Shown in pieces: positions 1-10,086 of a DNA stretch of 41,893 nucleotides. Origin of the DNA: Catajapyx aquilonaris. Lineage: Eukaryota. A program made the position numbers and the translations under genes. Location: positions 1 to 41,893 of the forward strand of contig KZ538891.1 of assembly GCA_000934665.2 (NCBI GenBank), written 5' to 3'. The notes beneath the pieces were generated by a model. That model did no database searches, was not told the DNA's origin, and saw only the letters and a list, made by a program, of their open reading frames with translations. Within the stretch, counting starts at the first letter, position 1; each line of letters starts with the position of its first letter.

Positions 1-407
1 CCCCCCCCCCCCCCCGGATCACCCCCCAAAAAACACAGTTTCACCCTCACCAGACAACTACCACGCCTCTCCCACTCCCGCCCGTCTCCCTAGACCCGGA
101 CCGTGTGGCCAAAGGACCGCGACCGTGACCGGTGATCATAGTCTTGTGGATTCCGGAATATCGCCAAATAAACAACCACGGTAACCTGGCAGCGCCCAGG
201 ATAGCCAACATATAAACAGTGACGACAATCTTTTTGAACGTCATAGTAGCTACTAAAATCGAGTGGCACAAAACTATTTTTTCCTGGCCTCACCATCTGG
301 CAATTTAAATTACCCGCGCTCCCGTGCGAAACTTTGACTACAATTTTTTGGCATAAGTAGAGGCAGATAATAATAATTTCATGCGGTACATATAGGTACC
401 ATTGTGA

Positions 408-550
408 GGGGATCCTTCCTTTTTCATCACATACTGAGTTGGGTCCTATCTGGCTTCGTCTCAGGTGGGATTCCATGAGTCTAACTACCCGGGGAAACTC
501 TGAAAGTGGTCATTAACGACAATGCACTTGTACCTTCCCTCCTTCTCCTA
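408..550 (+). mobile_element. Truncated, diverged copy of the tRNA-derived SINE seen at 4584 and 32161 (body only)
   Basis: ttcatcacatactgagttgggtcctatctggcttcgtctcaggtgggattcc...ctacccggggaaactc aligns by eye with ttcatctcgtgcagagttcagggtcacctctggcttcgtctcgggtggtatttcc...ccacccgggggagttc of the 4584 copy; no tRNA head present. Confidence 0.75.
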
Positions 551-604
551 GCCGCTCTTTATAACTATTACAGAAGCGTGCAAACAAGCAGCTATATTAG
601 TCAC

Positions 605-619
605 CTGCTGCGCCGCCAT
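605..619 (-). CDS. Candidate first coding mini-exon (MAAQQ) of a minus-strand gene continuing left
   Basis: Minus strand reads gcgcagcATG GCG GCG CAG CAG|GTGACT: ATG with A at -3 and G at +4, followed by a CAG|GT donor, immediately downstream of a CCAAT/NRF1 motif cluster. Confidence 0.4.
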
Positions 620-790
620 GCTGCGCTATTCCTGTTCCTGCTACCTGTTCCGGTCCGTTCCTTAGTTTGCTGGAAGCAAACCCCATCTAGCTATCCAATC
701 ACACTCTAAGAAGCAATTTATGAAGCCAATCGTCGGCCAGAGGTAGTCCAGGCGCCTGCGCATCGCAGTATAGAACAGCAGCCGGTGCTT
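620..790. promoter_or_regulatory. Putative bidirectional housekeeping-type promoter
   Basis: CCAAT at 695-699 and 726-730 (31 bp apart), NRF1-type GCGCCTGCGCA at 752-762, YY1-type GCCGCCAT at 612-619, in CpG-retaining sequence with splice donors facing outward on both strands. Confidence 0.55.
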
Positions 791-1000
791 GTAAACATGC
801 CACTATGGCCCTGAAGCAGTAAAAACATAGTAAAAATGAGCAGTGGAATGAGTGGATGTCGGTGGGACGCGTGCGCTGTCCTCCAGAGTTTTTCCTGGCT
901 GTCTTCCCTCCCCCGTGGCTTGCAACAGGTGGTCCCCCCACGGGTCGGTCGTCGGTCGACAGTGGCTGCCGCCAAAGTCGGGCATGTTTGAATCCGGACT
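790..1000 (+). other. Candidate non-coding first exon of the plus-strand gene (5' boundary uncertain)
   Basis: Donor ACT|GTAAGT at 1000/1001 just downstream of the promoter motifs. Splicing to the acceptor at 8540 puts an in-frame TGA (989-991) upstream of ATG 8549. Upstream ATGs at 836, 848 and 856 weaken the model or imply uORFs. Confidence 0.35.
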
Positions 1001-1688
1001 GTAAGTATATGTCGGCTGCTGTCAACTCTGACCCGCTTTCCAAGCAGGTTTTGTAGGCAGTTTTGTACGTGACATGTGGGCGAATTGCATACTATTTTCG
1101 ATGGTGTTCTCACACTGCAGTTATGCAAGTGGCACACCTTGTTTTGAGCACGACTCGGCGGGTCTGGAGGAGCGTCAGTACAGTGCTTGGTATGCATTTT
1201 TGTGATATTAAAAAGTTTAGTGTGGGAAAGTATTTTGGAAACTCTCTCTGCATTCTCCAAAAATGGGTTTCAGTTTTATTAACACCAGCAGGGAACGATG
1301 TTAGCTCATTTGTTGGAGTAATACTGAAGTGAGTAGATCATTCTTACTTCCACATCTGCAGTTTCATAGAGGGTATAATAGGTAGACCACTGGTTTTTCG
1401 TACACTAAGTTACAGCTATGCTGTTTAATACACTGCCTAAACCAACATCATAAAAACACTGTTTACTGTACTCTCTTGTGATAACCAGCTCAATCAGATT
1501 GAATTGAATGAGGCTGGAATGTTGACAAAACTAATTCCCTAAGTAATTAATCTTAAGTGATAAAACTGAAGGGTGCTCTTGCAAAAAGATTTATCTTGAT
1601 ATTTTTTATAAGGATGAGTGTTATACTCACAGGGACTAGTGGACAGTTGTAGGAGTAATGCATGCAGAAGTGGAAAGTAATATTGGTA

Positions 1689-2046
1689 CAGTACTGACAG
1701 CCCAAGTCAAAGCCCTGTATCTCGGCTTTTTGTCATTTCGAGATACGGTATTTGCATTTGAAGTTTTTTGTTTCCATTATTGTATAATTATGGAAGTGCA
1801 TGATTTCAATTGGCCAAAACTTGGCATGGGTTGAGCCTACAGTTACAGGCTTTGTACCAATAGGTGTGGCTTGAAAAGAGGAGTGCAATGGTGAATTTAT
1901 CTCCATTTACATGATTTTCGAAGATACGAGGTTTTAACTTGGGCCATCAGAGTAGACTCCGGATGTAACAGATTTCAAGGGAGCGTGTAAATCAGTCTGC
2001 TATAACAGAGTCTGTTACAGCCAAGGCTAATATCCAGAGTCAACTC
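1689..2046. mobile_element. Short Tc1/pogo-type MITE whose left TIR is interrupted by another MITE
   Basis: Removing 1694-1950 and one AGTA restores TA|CAGTAGACTCCGGATGT; the right end ATATCCAGAGTCAACTC|TA (2030-2048) is its imperfect reverse complement; TA flanks. Confidence 0.6.
1694..1950. mobile_element. 257-bp MITE with ~28-bp imperfect TIRs and 4-bp TSD
   Basis: Left CTGACAGCCCAAGTCAAAGCCCTGTATC versus reverse complement of right end CTGATGGCCCAAGTTAAAACCTCGTATC; AGTA on both sides (1690-1693, 1951-1954). Confidence 0.7.
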
Positions 2047-3115
2047 TATTAAAATCCTGGTTATGCATTTCAAATTGTTGGCATGCCTATTACTCAGAAA
2101 AGTACAAAAGTAGATATAAAATTATTATTGAGTCATGTTACAAATTAAATTAAAATACAAACATTTTAACATGTTTCACAAAGATAGAACACTAGGGGAT
2201 GGAGTGAGGTTCAAATTTGTAAGGGGCCAAATAAGGTTGGTGTTATGGGCATTGCTGCTAATGCCATCTAGCTGATGGAAAAAATAGCACTGTTACTAAA
2301 ATATCTAGCACTTTATGACTAATAATTTTGCTAATTTCCACATAAAACTTTGGGCTACATTCTAAAATATCTAGGTGACAGAACTATCAGCTTCACCCCG
2401 GATGAGATATTATTTTCATAGTGAAAGTTGCATTTTTCTGCTACTCACACAGACCTGATAATCTCCTTCGCTACTAATTTTTTACTATTTTATATTCAGT
2501 CCCAATAATTAACATTTCTAGATGAGGAATCCGCTTATTCTTCATTGTTCTATTGCTTATCATAAAATATCATGTACTGATAGTGACAATAATATTATTC
2601 TACTACAAGTAGTTGTACTGTATGTAACAGCGTCACCATAGTAGTAGAGTTGTTATGCTTTTTCATATTTTGCTCCTGCATATCAAAGAAATGAGACTTT
2701 AGCAGGGGCTTGATCATAGTCCTTGAACCCAAAAATGTGGGTCTTGCAATGGACATAAATACTCATTTCAAGTTTTATGAATGTCTGGCCAATTGGGGCA
2801 TAGTATTTGCATATTTTCAACTGAACAGTTGTGTCAAAAATTAATCAACTTTTCATATGTAAGAAATGTTGGCATTTTGTTATTTGGCCTACCCTACTGG
2901 CATGAAATGATGGAACTGACTTGCCACTAAAGTCTAATCTGAAATTTTGGAGAGTTTTCATTAACACCTGTTAACACCTGTCAAGCAAAACTTTGGGGCT
3001 GGGAAAATCCGGTGGAACCAACTTAGAATGGTAAATTTCATTTTTGTGGGGTCATGGCATTTAGGTTGGGAGGCTGAAAGAATTTTGTACCACATCAAGT
3101 TGTGCAAACTACGTA

Positions 3116-3452
3116 CAGTAGAACCCCGATTATCTGACCTCGGATTATCCGACTCCTCAGTTATCCGACCGTCACTCTCCGGCAATAAATCGGTGTTTTT
3201 TCATGAAATACTGTAATGTTCTACGATCTATGCAATTGTTTTTTCTGGCGTAGTTTAATTGTAAATACACTACAGTAGAGTGTGTGTAAAAGATAAATAC
3301 TTCACTATTCCTTAGAAAACCATAATATTGTATGTTATTTCATGTTTTTTGTTGTGTTTTATAAAAGTTTTTTACTCCTCGGATTATCCAACCTTTTTGG
3401 TTATCCGACGATGCCCCAGTCCCGTTGGTGACAGATAATCGGGGTTCGACTG
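3116..3452. mobile_element. Tigger/pogo-like MITE (Tc1/mariner superfamily)
   Basis: TA|CAGTAGAACCCCGATTATCTG ... CAGATAATCGGGGTTCGACTG|TA: 21-bp TIR with one mismatch and TA TSD; internal reiteration of the GATTATCC(G) motif. Confidence 0.9.
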
Positions 3453-4525
3453 TATTTGAAACTGCTTAGTAACAGTTCATACTGTTCTAAGGCATGGGAC
3501 TATTTATGGAAGCAAATTCCATCAAAAGCTGAAGAAGAGTAGAAATACCCTAGTGTCACATCAGATCATACAGTAATACCGTATATGTTATGTAGAAAAA
3601 TCATATGCAGGAGTGGGAGCAACCCAAAATTTTCTGGGACAGGTACCTACATGTGTCAATCACTATGTATGATGTTGAAAAGTCTTTTTTAGTGCTAATG
3701 GATGTGCAGTACAGTCAAATGAGTGAAGTTATGCAGCATAATATAACAGTTAATTAATATAAATTAATGAGAAATGAATAAGTGATAAAATCTAATTAAC
3801 ATGTTCTATTGATAAATTGAATATATTGCAACAGATATATTCCTTTGCACATCATATTATACCATTTTAAGGGAATATGATGAAGTGGAGTCAGACCATG
3901 CATATAGCAGAAACATGTGCACTGCAAAAAAAAACAACAACAACAACAACTGTGTGGTCCCTACAATGTTTTTGTCCAATACAGGGGAACCTGCATAGTG
4001 AGGAAACGGACAGAATATATGCATGTCCCTCGATAAGGAAAACACAGTGTATAGCGGAATTAATAGTACTACCTTACAGCTACAGGCCGTTTCACAAATT
4101 CGGCCCATCGGAATTGGAGTAATAAAATGCGTGTCGAAAGGCAGACGGGTGCGGGCGGGAAAAAATCGCCATCGGGGGCGAAACATTGGCAGCGGGCCCG
4201 ACAAATGGCGTTAGACAAGCGCGTTGTAGGCTACGGACACTTGCCCACGACGGGAATTTTTTGCGGAATGGAGCGATTATTCTATGTACAGGTTTCACTC
4301 TAGGATTTCATGTCTATTTTTAAGAGTATTTGCAAGCATATTTTGGTGCTTTTTAGAGCATAACTATCTGCTACGTCTAATCATCACATAAGATAGTGTT
4401 GTGTTCCTGCCATTCACACCTGCTTCATATATCAAAGTTGACATACCGTAGTCGGTTAGGGTCCCAAAGACTATCAGAGGCACCTTTCATTTTCACACAC
4501 ATGACTCGAACATTCAATTTATTCA

Positions 4526-4583
<58 letters not shown>
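4526..4583. repeat. (GTA)n microsatellite
   Basis: Direct reading; source of the poly-Val stretch in ORF 4396..4767. Confidence 0.98.
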
Positions 4584-4585
<2 letters not shown>

Positions 4586-4912
4586 GAGGCGGAGTGGTGC
4601 TGCGGTCACGTATGCACCCACGGATGTTAAGGTCCCGGGTTCAATCCCAACCCGGGGACACCCCCTTCATCTCGTGCAGAGTTCAGGGTCACCTCTGGCT
4701 TCGTCTCGGGTGGTATTTCCACAGACTAAACCACCCGGGGGAGTTCACTAAAAATGACCGCGGATAAGACATTGGACTGCACCTTGCACATCCCCTCCTG
4801 TCATCCTGCCCGTGGGCCCGGGCGCTACGTATAAAGGCTCAAAAATGTACTTGACATAATAAATAAAGGTCCGTGCTGTATATACCTCATATGAGGTCAA
4901 GTACCATCCCGG
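4584..4912 (+). mobile_element. Full-length tRNA-derived SINE with (ATT)n tail
   Basis: Head GGGAGGCGGAGTGGTGCTGCGG (Pol III A-box-like) ... GGTTCAATCCC (B-box); colinear with the copy at 32161-32504; followed by (ATT)n and flanked by (GTA)n on both sides. Confidence 0.9.
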
Positions 4913-5064
<152 letters not shown>

Positions 5065-6249
5065 ATACAGTCTCTATATAGGATGAGGAAAAAGTTATGT
5101 AATGGGAATAAGGATTTACCTGGTAGGGCGTTGATCACCTTGACATTAAAAATGTTGTTTTGAGGGCAATTAAAGTTCACGATTGCACCATAAAAATTCC
5201 CCAATATGCTGGGTATTTATATACACATCGGATTATTTAATTGCCTATGCATAGGCCTTTTTAAATTCGCTGGAGATGAATAAACGCTTGATAATATTAC
5301 ACTATGGAACAAAATCAACTTCTTTTTTTTGTTCGTGGGATTCAGCGCGATTTTCGTGTTCCTTAGGTCACTCGTAACTCATAATGACCATTCATTTATC
5401 TGAAATTTGTTTTTAGCCTTGGGGTAGTCAAGAAAATCAAAATACCTCGAAATATAGGGGTCATTCCGAATCAAGTGGGCCGAAATGTTGCTGGACCATC
5501 TCGGATTTAGGTGAAAGAAATCGCAACTGTATACACACATATGTCATAACACTGCATATCAAGTTTCAGCCATATTGCGCAATACTGGGGGAGGGGAAAA
5601 ATCGCGAAATTTTGAAAATGGCTGAAAGCGAGGAGATATTTTTTAGGTTAGTGGAAGTGGTCAAAACTCAATGAACATACAGGATACCCTTCGTATACAT
5701 ATTATGTATATCAAAAATGAAAGAGAAAGCCGAGGAGAATGTGCCTATGGAATTTATTTTCCTCGAAAATGTAGGCTACTACCCATCAGAAAAATGTGCG
5801 TGGCGCATTCCATTGGTCACATGCCCAAGAATTTTGACCCCAACCATTATTAGGGATGTATTTGCGTAACATCAGTCATATTTGGTGACAGGAGTGTGAC
5901 CCACAAAGGTTTAATTTAATATGTTCAGTTTGAAGCCTCGTTCATGCACGGCTGGCGAGAAAATATTATAAATGTTACGAATATACCAATTACGAGGGGC
6001 ATCCGGAAAGTAAGTTTCGTTTTTTAAATTTAAAAAACACCAATACATCCCCAGAATTTTCATAACATATGTTAGGCTCAAACCCCGAAAACGGCCATTG
6101 AGCGAAAAAAACCGAGGATTTCGCGAAATGCTCATATTTTCAAAATGGGCAGATCGCAAAATGCTCGTTTGAAAACGAGCAGACCCCGATATGCTCCTTT
6201 TAAAAAGACCAGAACTATTTTCTGGACTACACAAAAATTGTCGTGGCTG

Positions 6250-6413
6250 CAGTGGCGGGGATCCAGGAATTTTTTCTGGGGGGGGGGGGGGGAACAGGGC
6301 CCGCCNNNNNNNNNNNNNNNNNNNNNNNNNNNNNNNNNNNNNNNNNNNNNNNNNNNNNNNNNNNNNNNNNNNNNNNNNNNNNNNNNNNGGGGGGGGGGCT
6401 AAATCCGCCACTG
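6250..6413. mobile_element. hAT-type MITE spanning the assembly gap
   Basis: CAGTGGCGG...CCGCCACTG termini with a perfect 8-bp TSD CGTGGCTG (6242-6249 and 6414-6421); poly-G subterminal tracts. Confidence 0.9.
6306..6388. other. Assembly gap (N run)
   Basis: Run of N between G-rich tracts. Confidence 1.
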
Positions 6414-6909
6414 CGTGGCTGGTTCAGAAAAGGCCCATAACTCGCTGTGGCAGTTTTTTGTTTCCCACTACGCCCAGTAGATGCTGGAAATAAATCACCC
6501 TATTGTCGTTATCTACTTGGCGTAGTGGGAAACAAGAAACTGCCACAGCGAGTTATGGGCTTTTTCTGAACCAGGCACGCGTCTTGACCTCGGTCTTGAC
6601 ATTTTTGTGTAGTCCAGAAAGGCGTTCTGGCCTATTTAAAAATAGCATTTCGAGGTTTTCCCGGTTTAAAATGAACATTTCGCGAAATGGATGGTTTGAA
6701 AAGGAGTATTTCGAGATTTACCCATTTTAGCTCAGTGGCCGTTTTCGTGGTTTGTGCCTAACACATCTGAAAGCCTCAACTGTCTACTTTTTTCGACACA
6801 GTTTCCAGCCAAATCGCAGCATCGCCACTGTAGGCTACTGCATCGTCAAACGTCTTCAAAAGAAGGCCATTCAAAAGAAACATCGCGGTATGACATTATG
6901 ACAAGTTTC

Positions 6910-7090
6910 GGCGTATTTTTCTTGCGCGACAATTCTCGCCCGCATACTGCCTTTCGTAATGGAACCCTGCCGCAACAATACAAGTGAGAATTATTGTTCG
7001 ATTACCCTCCTTAGATCCGGGATTTAGAGCCTAGCGATTACCACCTGTCCATGAACATGAAAAATTGCATGCAAAGCAGAGGTTTGATGA
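6910..7090 (+). pseudogene. Mariner transposase catalytic-domain relic
   Basis: One frame reads GVFFLRDNSRPHTAFRNGTLPQQYK*ELLFDYPP*IRDLEPSDYHLSMNMK, matching the mariner HDNARPH...W...HPPYSPDLAPSDYHLF signature with two in-frame stops. Confidence 0.9.
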
Positions 7091-8548
7091 TACAGTAAAG
7101 AGTTCAGGGGTCGGGGGAAATTGCCAAAATCGTGTGTAACTCTGTGACAAATGCCTCGATTTGGCTGGAAACCTGTGTTGGAAAAAAGGGAGACAGTCGA
7201 GGCTTTCAGATGTGCAAGTATATAATGAAAATTCTGGGGTTGTGTTGGAAATTACTTTCCGGATGTTGCGCCTCGTATTAATTTTCAAGGAACCAAATTC
7301 TTGGACATGTGACCGATGCAATGTAATGTCACACGTCTTTCTGGTTACATTTGATAGAAAAGCAAATTCCATAGGCGGAATCTCCGGGTCTTTATCTTTC
7401 ATTTGATATGTAGGTTCATTGGTTTTATTTACCACTTGCGCTAACCGAAAAAAAGTCTCCAAAAAAAAGGCCTCATTTTCAGCCGTTTCCAAAATTCGGT
7501 GTTTTTTCCCTCCCCACAGTATTGCGCAGTATGGGTGAAACTTATGCAGCGTTTTAGCCACGTTTGTGGCATAGTTCTCGAGAGCTGTGATTTTATTCAC
7601 CTAAATCCGAGATGGTGTAGCAACATTTCGGCCCACTTGATTCGGAATGACCCCTATATTTCGAGGATTTCAGTTTTTTGACTGCCCCAAGGTGAAAAAA
7701 CAAATATTAGACAAAATGAATGGTCATTATGAGTTATGAGTGACCTAAGGACCATGTAAATAGCGATGAATTTCCATGGACAAATATCGTGTTGCATAGT
7801 GCTATTGGATATATACCTTACTACTTGTATATTGATTAAGTACCGGTAGTTATTTTTATATGTGATAAGGAGAATAAAACAATATACCAGAAAGCACAGT
7901 CTTTACTGTTTTTCACTATCTGTTTCACAGATCTAATAGCATATTTCGTATGTTCTATAATATTTACTGAAACTTTGCAATTTCTTTATGCCAATATTAA
8001 AATGGTAAAGTAAGGGAGCACTCCTAACTGACCTTGTTGGGTTCAAAGTGTGTGTTGCTAGTTGCTTAGCTATTCCAATAAGGGTCACAGGTAGTCCTGG
8101 AAGCAAACTCACAGAATGCCTTCTACTTTGAAGATAATAAAGTTTGGGACACCAATTACCATGGAGGCAAATGTCATTTGAGCCATATTAATGCAATACT
8201 GGTGTAGTCAGCTGCCTGCAGGCATCAAACTGATGCAGTAGCTATATGCAAGAGGTGACCTGTATAATGTCGGAAACCCCTGAAATGTTGACACAGTAAT
8301 GCTGTCTTTGTTCATGTTCTGTAAGACTTGACATGTTAAGTGAAGTCTTCCGTTAATTTGCACAGGATGACATAACTAGTTAAATATGCAAGTTATAGTA
8401 GTTAAGTAGTTGGACTCTTCATGGACAGTGTTAGTCATGCCCATTATGTCATTATGCCAACTAATTACATCATGAAGTACAAGTGCAACACATGTGGAGA
8501 TCATGCGGAGTGTGTTAAACTTTTTTTTCCATATTACAGAGCGAGGCA

Positions 8549-8703
8549 ATGGCAGCCAATTTGATACCTACCATAGTAGAACAAGGTGAAGGTGACAGTG
8601 ATACAAGTGACACATGTGGAGATGACCTCACCTCACCTGACGACGACTCAGTGACTCTACAAGTGGAGAGCGATTCTCAGCGACGCAGGCATGACTCCTA
8701 CAA
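8549..8703 (+). CDS. First coding exon (exon begins 8540) of a small uncharacterised protein: MAANLIPTIVEQGEGDSDTSDTCGDDLTSPDDDSVTLQVESDSQRRRHDSY
   Basis: Acceptor tttttttttccatattacag|, Kozak-like gcaATGG, 51 open codons plus 2 nt, donor CAA|GTAAGT; phase 2 matches the next exon. Confidence 0.75.
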
Positions 8704-9772
8704 GTAAGTACTTGAAGTCGTGTAAAAAATTGGTACCATGTGGTTAATTGACTTGTCAAGTGATGTGTATTTGCGGGTCAAACTTGGCGATTACTTGGAG
8801 GTCACCACAACAAGCCTCCCAGTGACTTAGCTTAGTCTATTTTGGGAAGGACTCCCTTATTTCCACCTCCCATCCACCCCACACACCCACACACATAAAC
8901 AGTGAGCTAATCGAGTTGCAGTTGCAGAAGCGAAAGGAGGTATAAAGTGAACTGGTTATCGGTAGTGTGTGAAGTGCATTGAGTGATAAAATGTCACTTC
9001 CTAATCCTGTGAAAATTGTGATGAGAATTGTGTCACAGTTGTCGAGTGGGGGTCTATTTTGGAAGCCAGGGTTGAATGTGTTGTCACCTTGCCAACTCAT
9101 TTGCTAATGGCTGAGTGTGTTCAAATGCCAATGCAATTGCCTCTGACCGGAAACAAGGAGATTTCGATGTATGTATACCGTAATTCAAGTGTCAATATGT
9201 TCTCGACAGGGAGGTATGGTTAGACAATCAGACTATCAATCTTGAAAAGAATATGTCAAAAAAGATATGATGAATGAGACATAAGGAGTGACAGTTGCAT
9301 AATGTAGAATTAAATAATTGATTTAATTCAAGCTACAGTATGGTAACTGAAATGTTATTATATAAAGAAAATAAAATTAGCGTGCTTGACGAAGACGGGC
9401 AGTATTATAGTCTGAACCAGTCGTGTTTAAAGAATCGCTCATTATTGGCATTTGAGCAGTGGTAGCAACCGTTTTAGCTTGCAAGGAGAATCCTGTATTG
9501 AGGAAGATAACACAGTTGGATTGGTTCCAAGTCAACCGGATGAAGTCAGCGACCTGAAAGATCGGATCATTCAAGACATCCCCCCCCCCCACCCCCCCAC
9601 GAAAGAGGCCTCAAGTGGCCATGTTTACAACACCCCAATGACAGTCTCACACCCTGCCCCAGAACTTCTGCATGTATTTAGCAAGATGGTTTGCTGATTT
9701 TGAATCACAAGCAGTAGTAGCCATGTTCTCTCCATTCTCCAACCGGACCCGCCGTCCGTCATACCCATGCAG

Positions 9773-9944
9773 CCACCTGTCGAGAGCACGACACGGTGCG
9801 GTACGGAGGAAGAATGCAACGGGGCCAGGGGCTGCCCAGGGGCCGCCCCTGGGCAGCAGGAGGGGATCCTCCTGCAGCCTGGGTGCAGCCAGGGCTACAA
9901 CATCCCTACCGTCCAATCTGGACGGAATGACCATGGATTGGTGA
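9773..9944 (+). CDS. Second, probably terminal, coding exon: (N)HLSRARHGAVRRKNATGPGAAQGPPLGSRRGSSCSLGAARATTSLPSNLDGMTMDW*
   Basis: Pyrimidine-rich acceptor ...cccatgcag| in phase 2, GC-rich open frame (C-terminal part of ORF 9672..9944), TGA at 9942-9944; a GTGAGT donor at 9941 overlaps the stop. Confidence 0.65.
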
Positions 9945-10086
9945 GTGGTCATTGTTGCGTGTTGGTCCCATGTCAAATGTGCTTGTTACATGTTACGTGT
10001 TGTGGCGTGGAATGTGCAACAATGCAGTGGGCAATGTCCAGCCGTTGACAGCAATGTCTTCTTGACCATGTCAAGATAATGAGGGC

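Larger units (their letters stand above)
6242..6579. mobile_element. Hairpin MITE with ~68-bp arms (6414-6482 / 6511-6579)
   Basis: CGTGGCTGGTTCAGAAAAGGCCCATAACTCGCTGTGGCAGTTT...GTAGAT versus ATCTAC...AAACTGCCACAGCGAGTTATGGGCTTTTTCTGAACCAGGCACG. Confidence 0.8.
6075..6758. mobile_element. Foldback MITE (arms 6075-6242 and 6598-6758) inserted at TA in the mariner left TIR
   Basis: GGCTCAAACCCCGAAAACGGCCATTGAGC ... GCTCAGTGGCCGTTTTCGTGGTTTGTGCC, and TCTGGACTACACAAAAAT / ATTTTTGTGTAGTCCAGA; TA on both sides. Confidence 0.75.
5993..7275 (+). mobile_element. Mariner deletion derivative with extended TIRs (left TIR split by an insertion)
   Basis: TA|CGAGGGGCATCCGGAAAGTAA ... TTACTTTCCGGATGTTGCGCCTCG|TA; 5993-6074 plus 6759-6815 mirror 7157-7275; internal transposase relic. 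Confidence 0.85.
5457..7654. mobile_element. Long-TIR non-autonomous DNA transposon, Sola2-like
   Basis: TATA|GGGGTCATTCCGAATCAAGTGGGCCGAAATGTTGC ... GCAACATTTCGGCCCACTTGATTCGGAATGACCCC|TATA; inverted similarity extends roughly 5457-5835 versus 7293-7654; terminus shared with the element at 24376. Confidence 0.8.
5300..7801. mobile_element. Outer foldback element with CACTATG termini (Transib/CACTA-type end); arms 5300-5456 and 7655-7801
   Basis: CACTATGGAACA...CCTTAGGTCACTCGTAACTCATAATGACCATTCATTT...CCTTGGGGTAGTCAA...CCTCGAAA is mirrored by TTTCGAGG...TTGACTGCCCCAAGG...AAATGAATGGTCATTATGAGTTATGAGTGACCTAAGG...TGTTGCATAGTG. No clean TSD, so the superfamily is uncertain. Confidence 0.7.

Noticed and set aside
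718..1260. Long minus-strand ORF (180 aa, Cys/His-rich) as a zinc-finger or piggyBac tail
   Set aside because: No recognisable motif spacing; overlaps the GC-rich promoter region where spurious ORFs are expected.
4584..4660. tRNA gene (also at 32161 and 41008 minus)
   Set aside because: A/B boxes are present but the sequence continues into SINE bodies with tails/TSD; no convincing cloverleaf or Pol III terminator.
7031..7600. 189-aa minus-strand ORF, the longest in the track
   Set aside because: Runs through non-coding TIRs of two different nested elements, so it cannot be a coherent gene.
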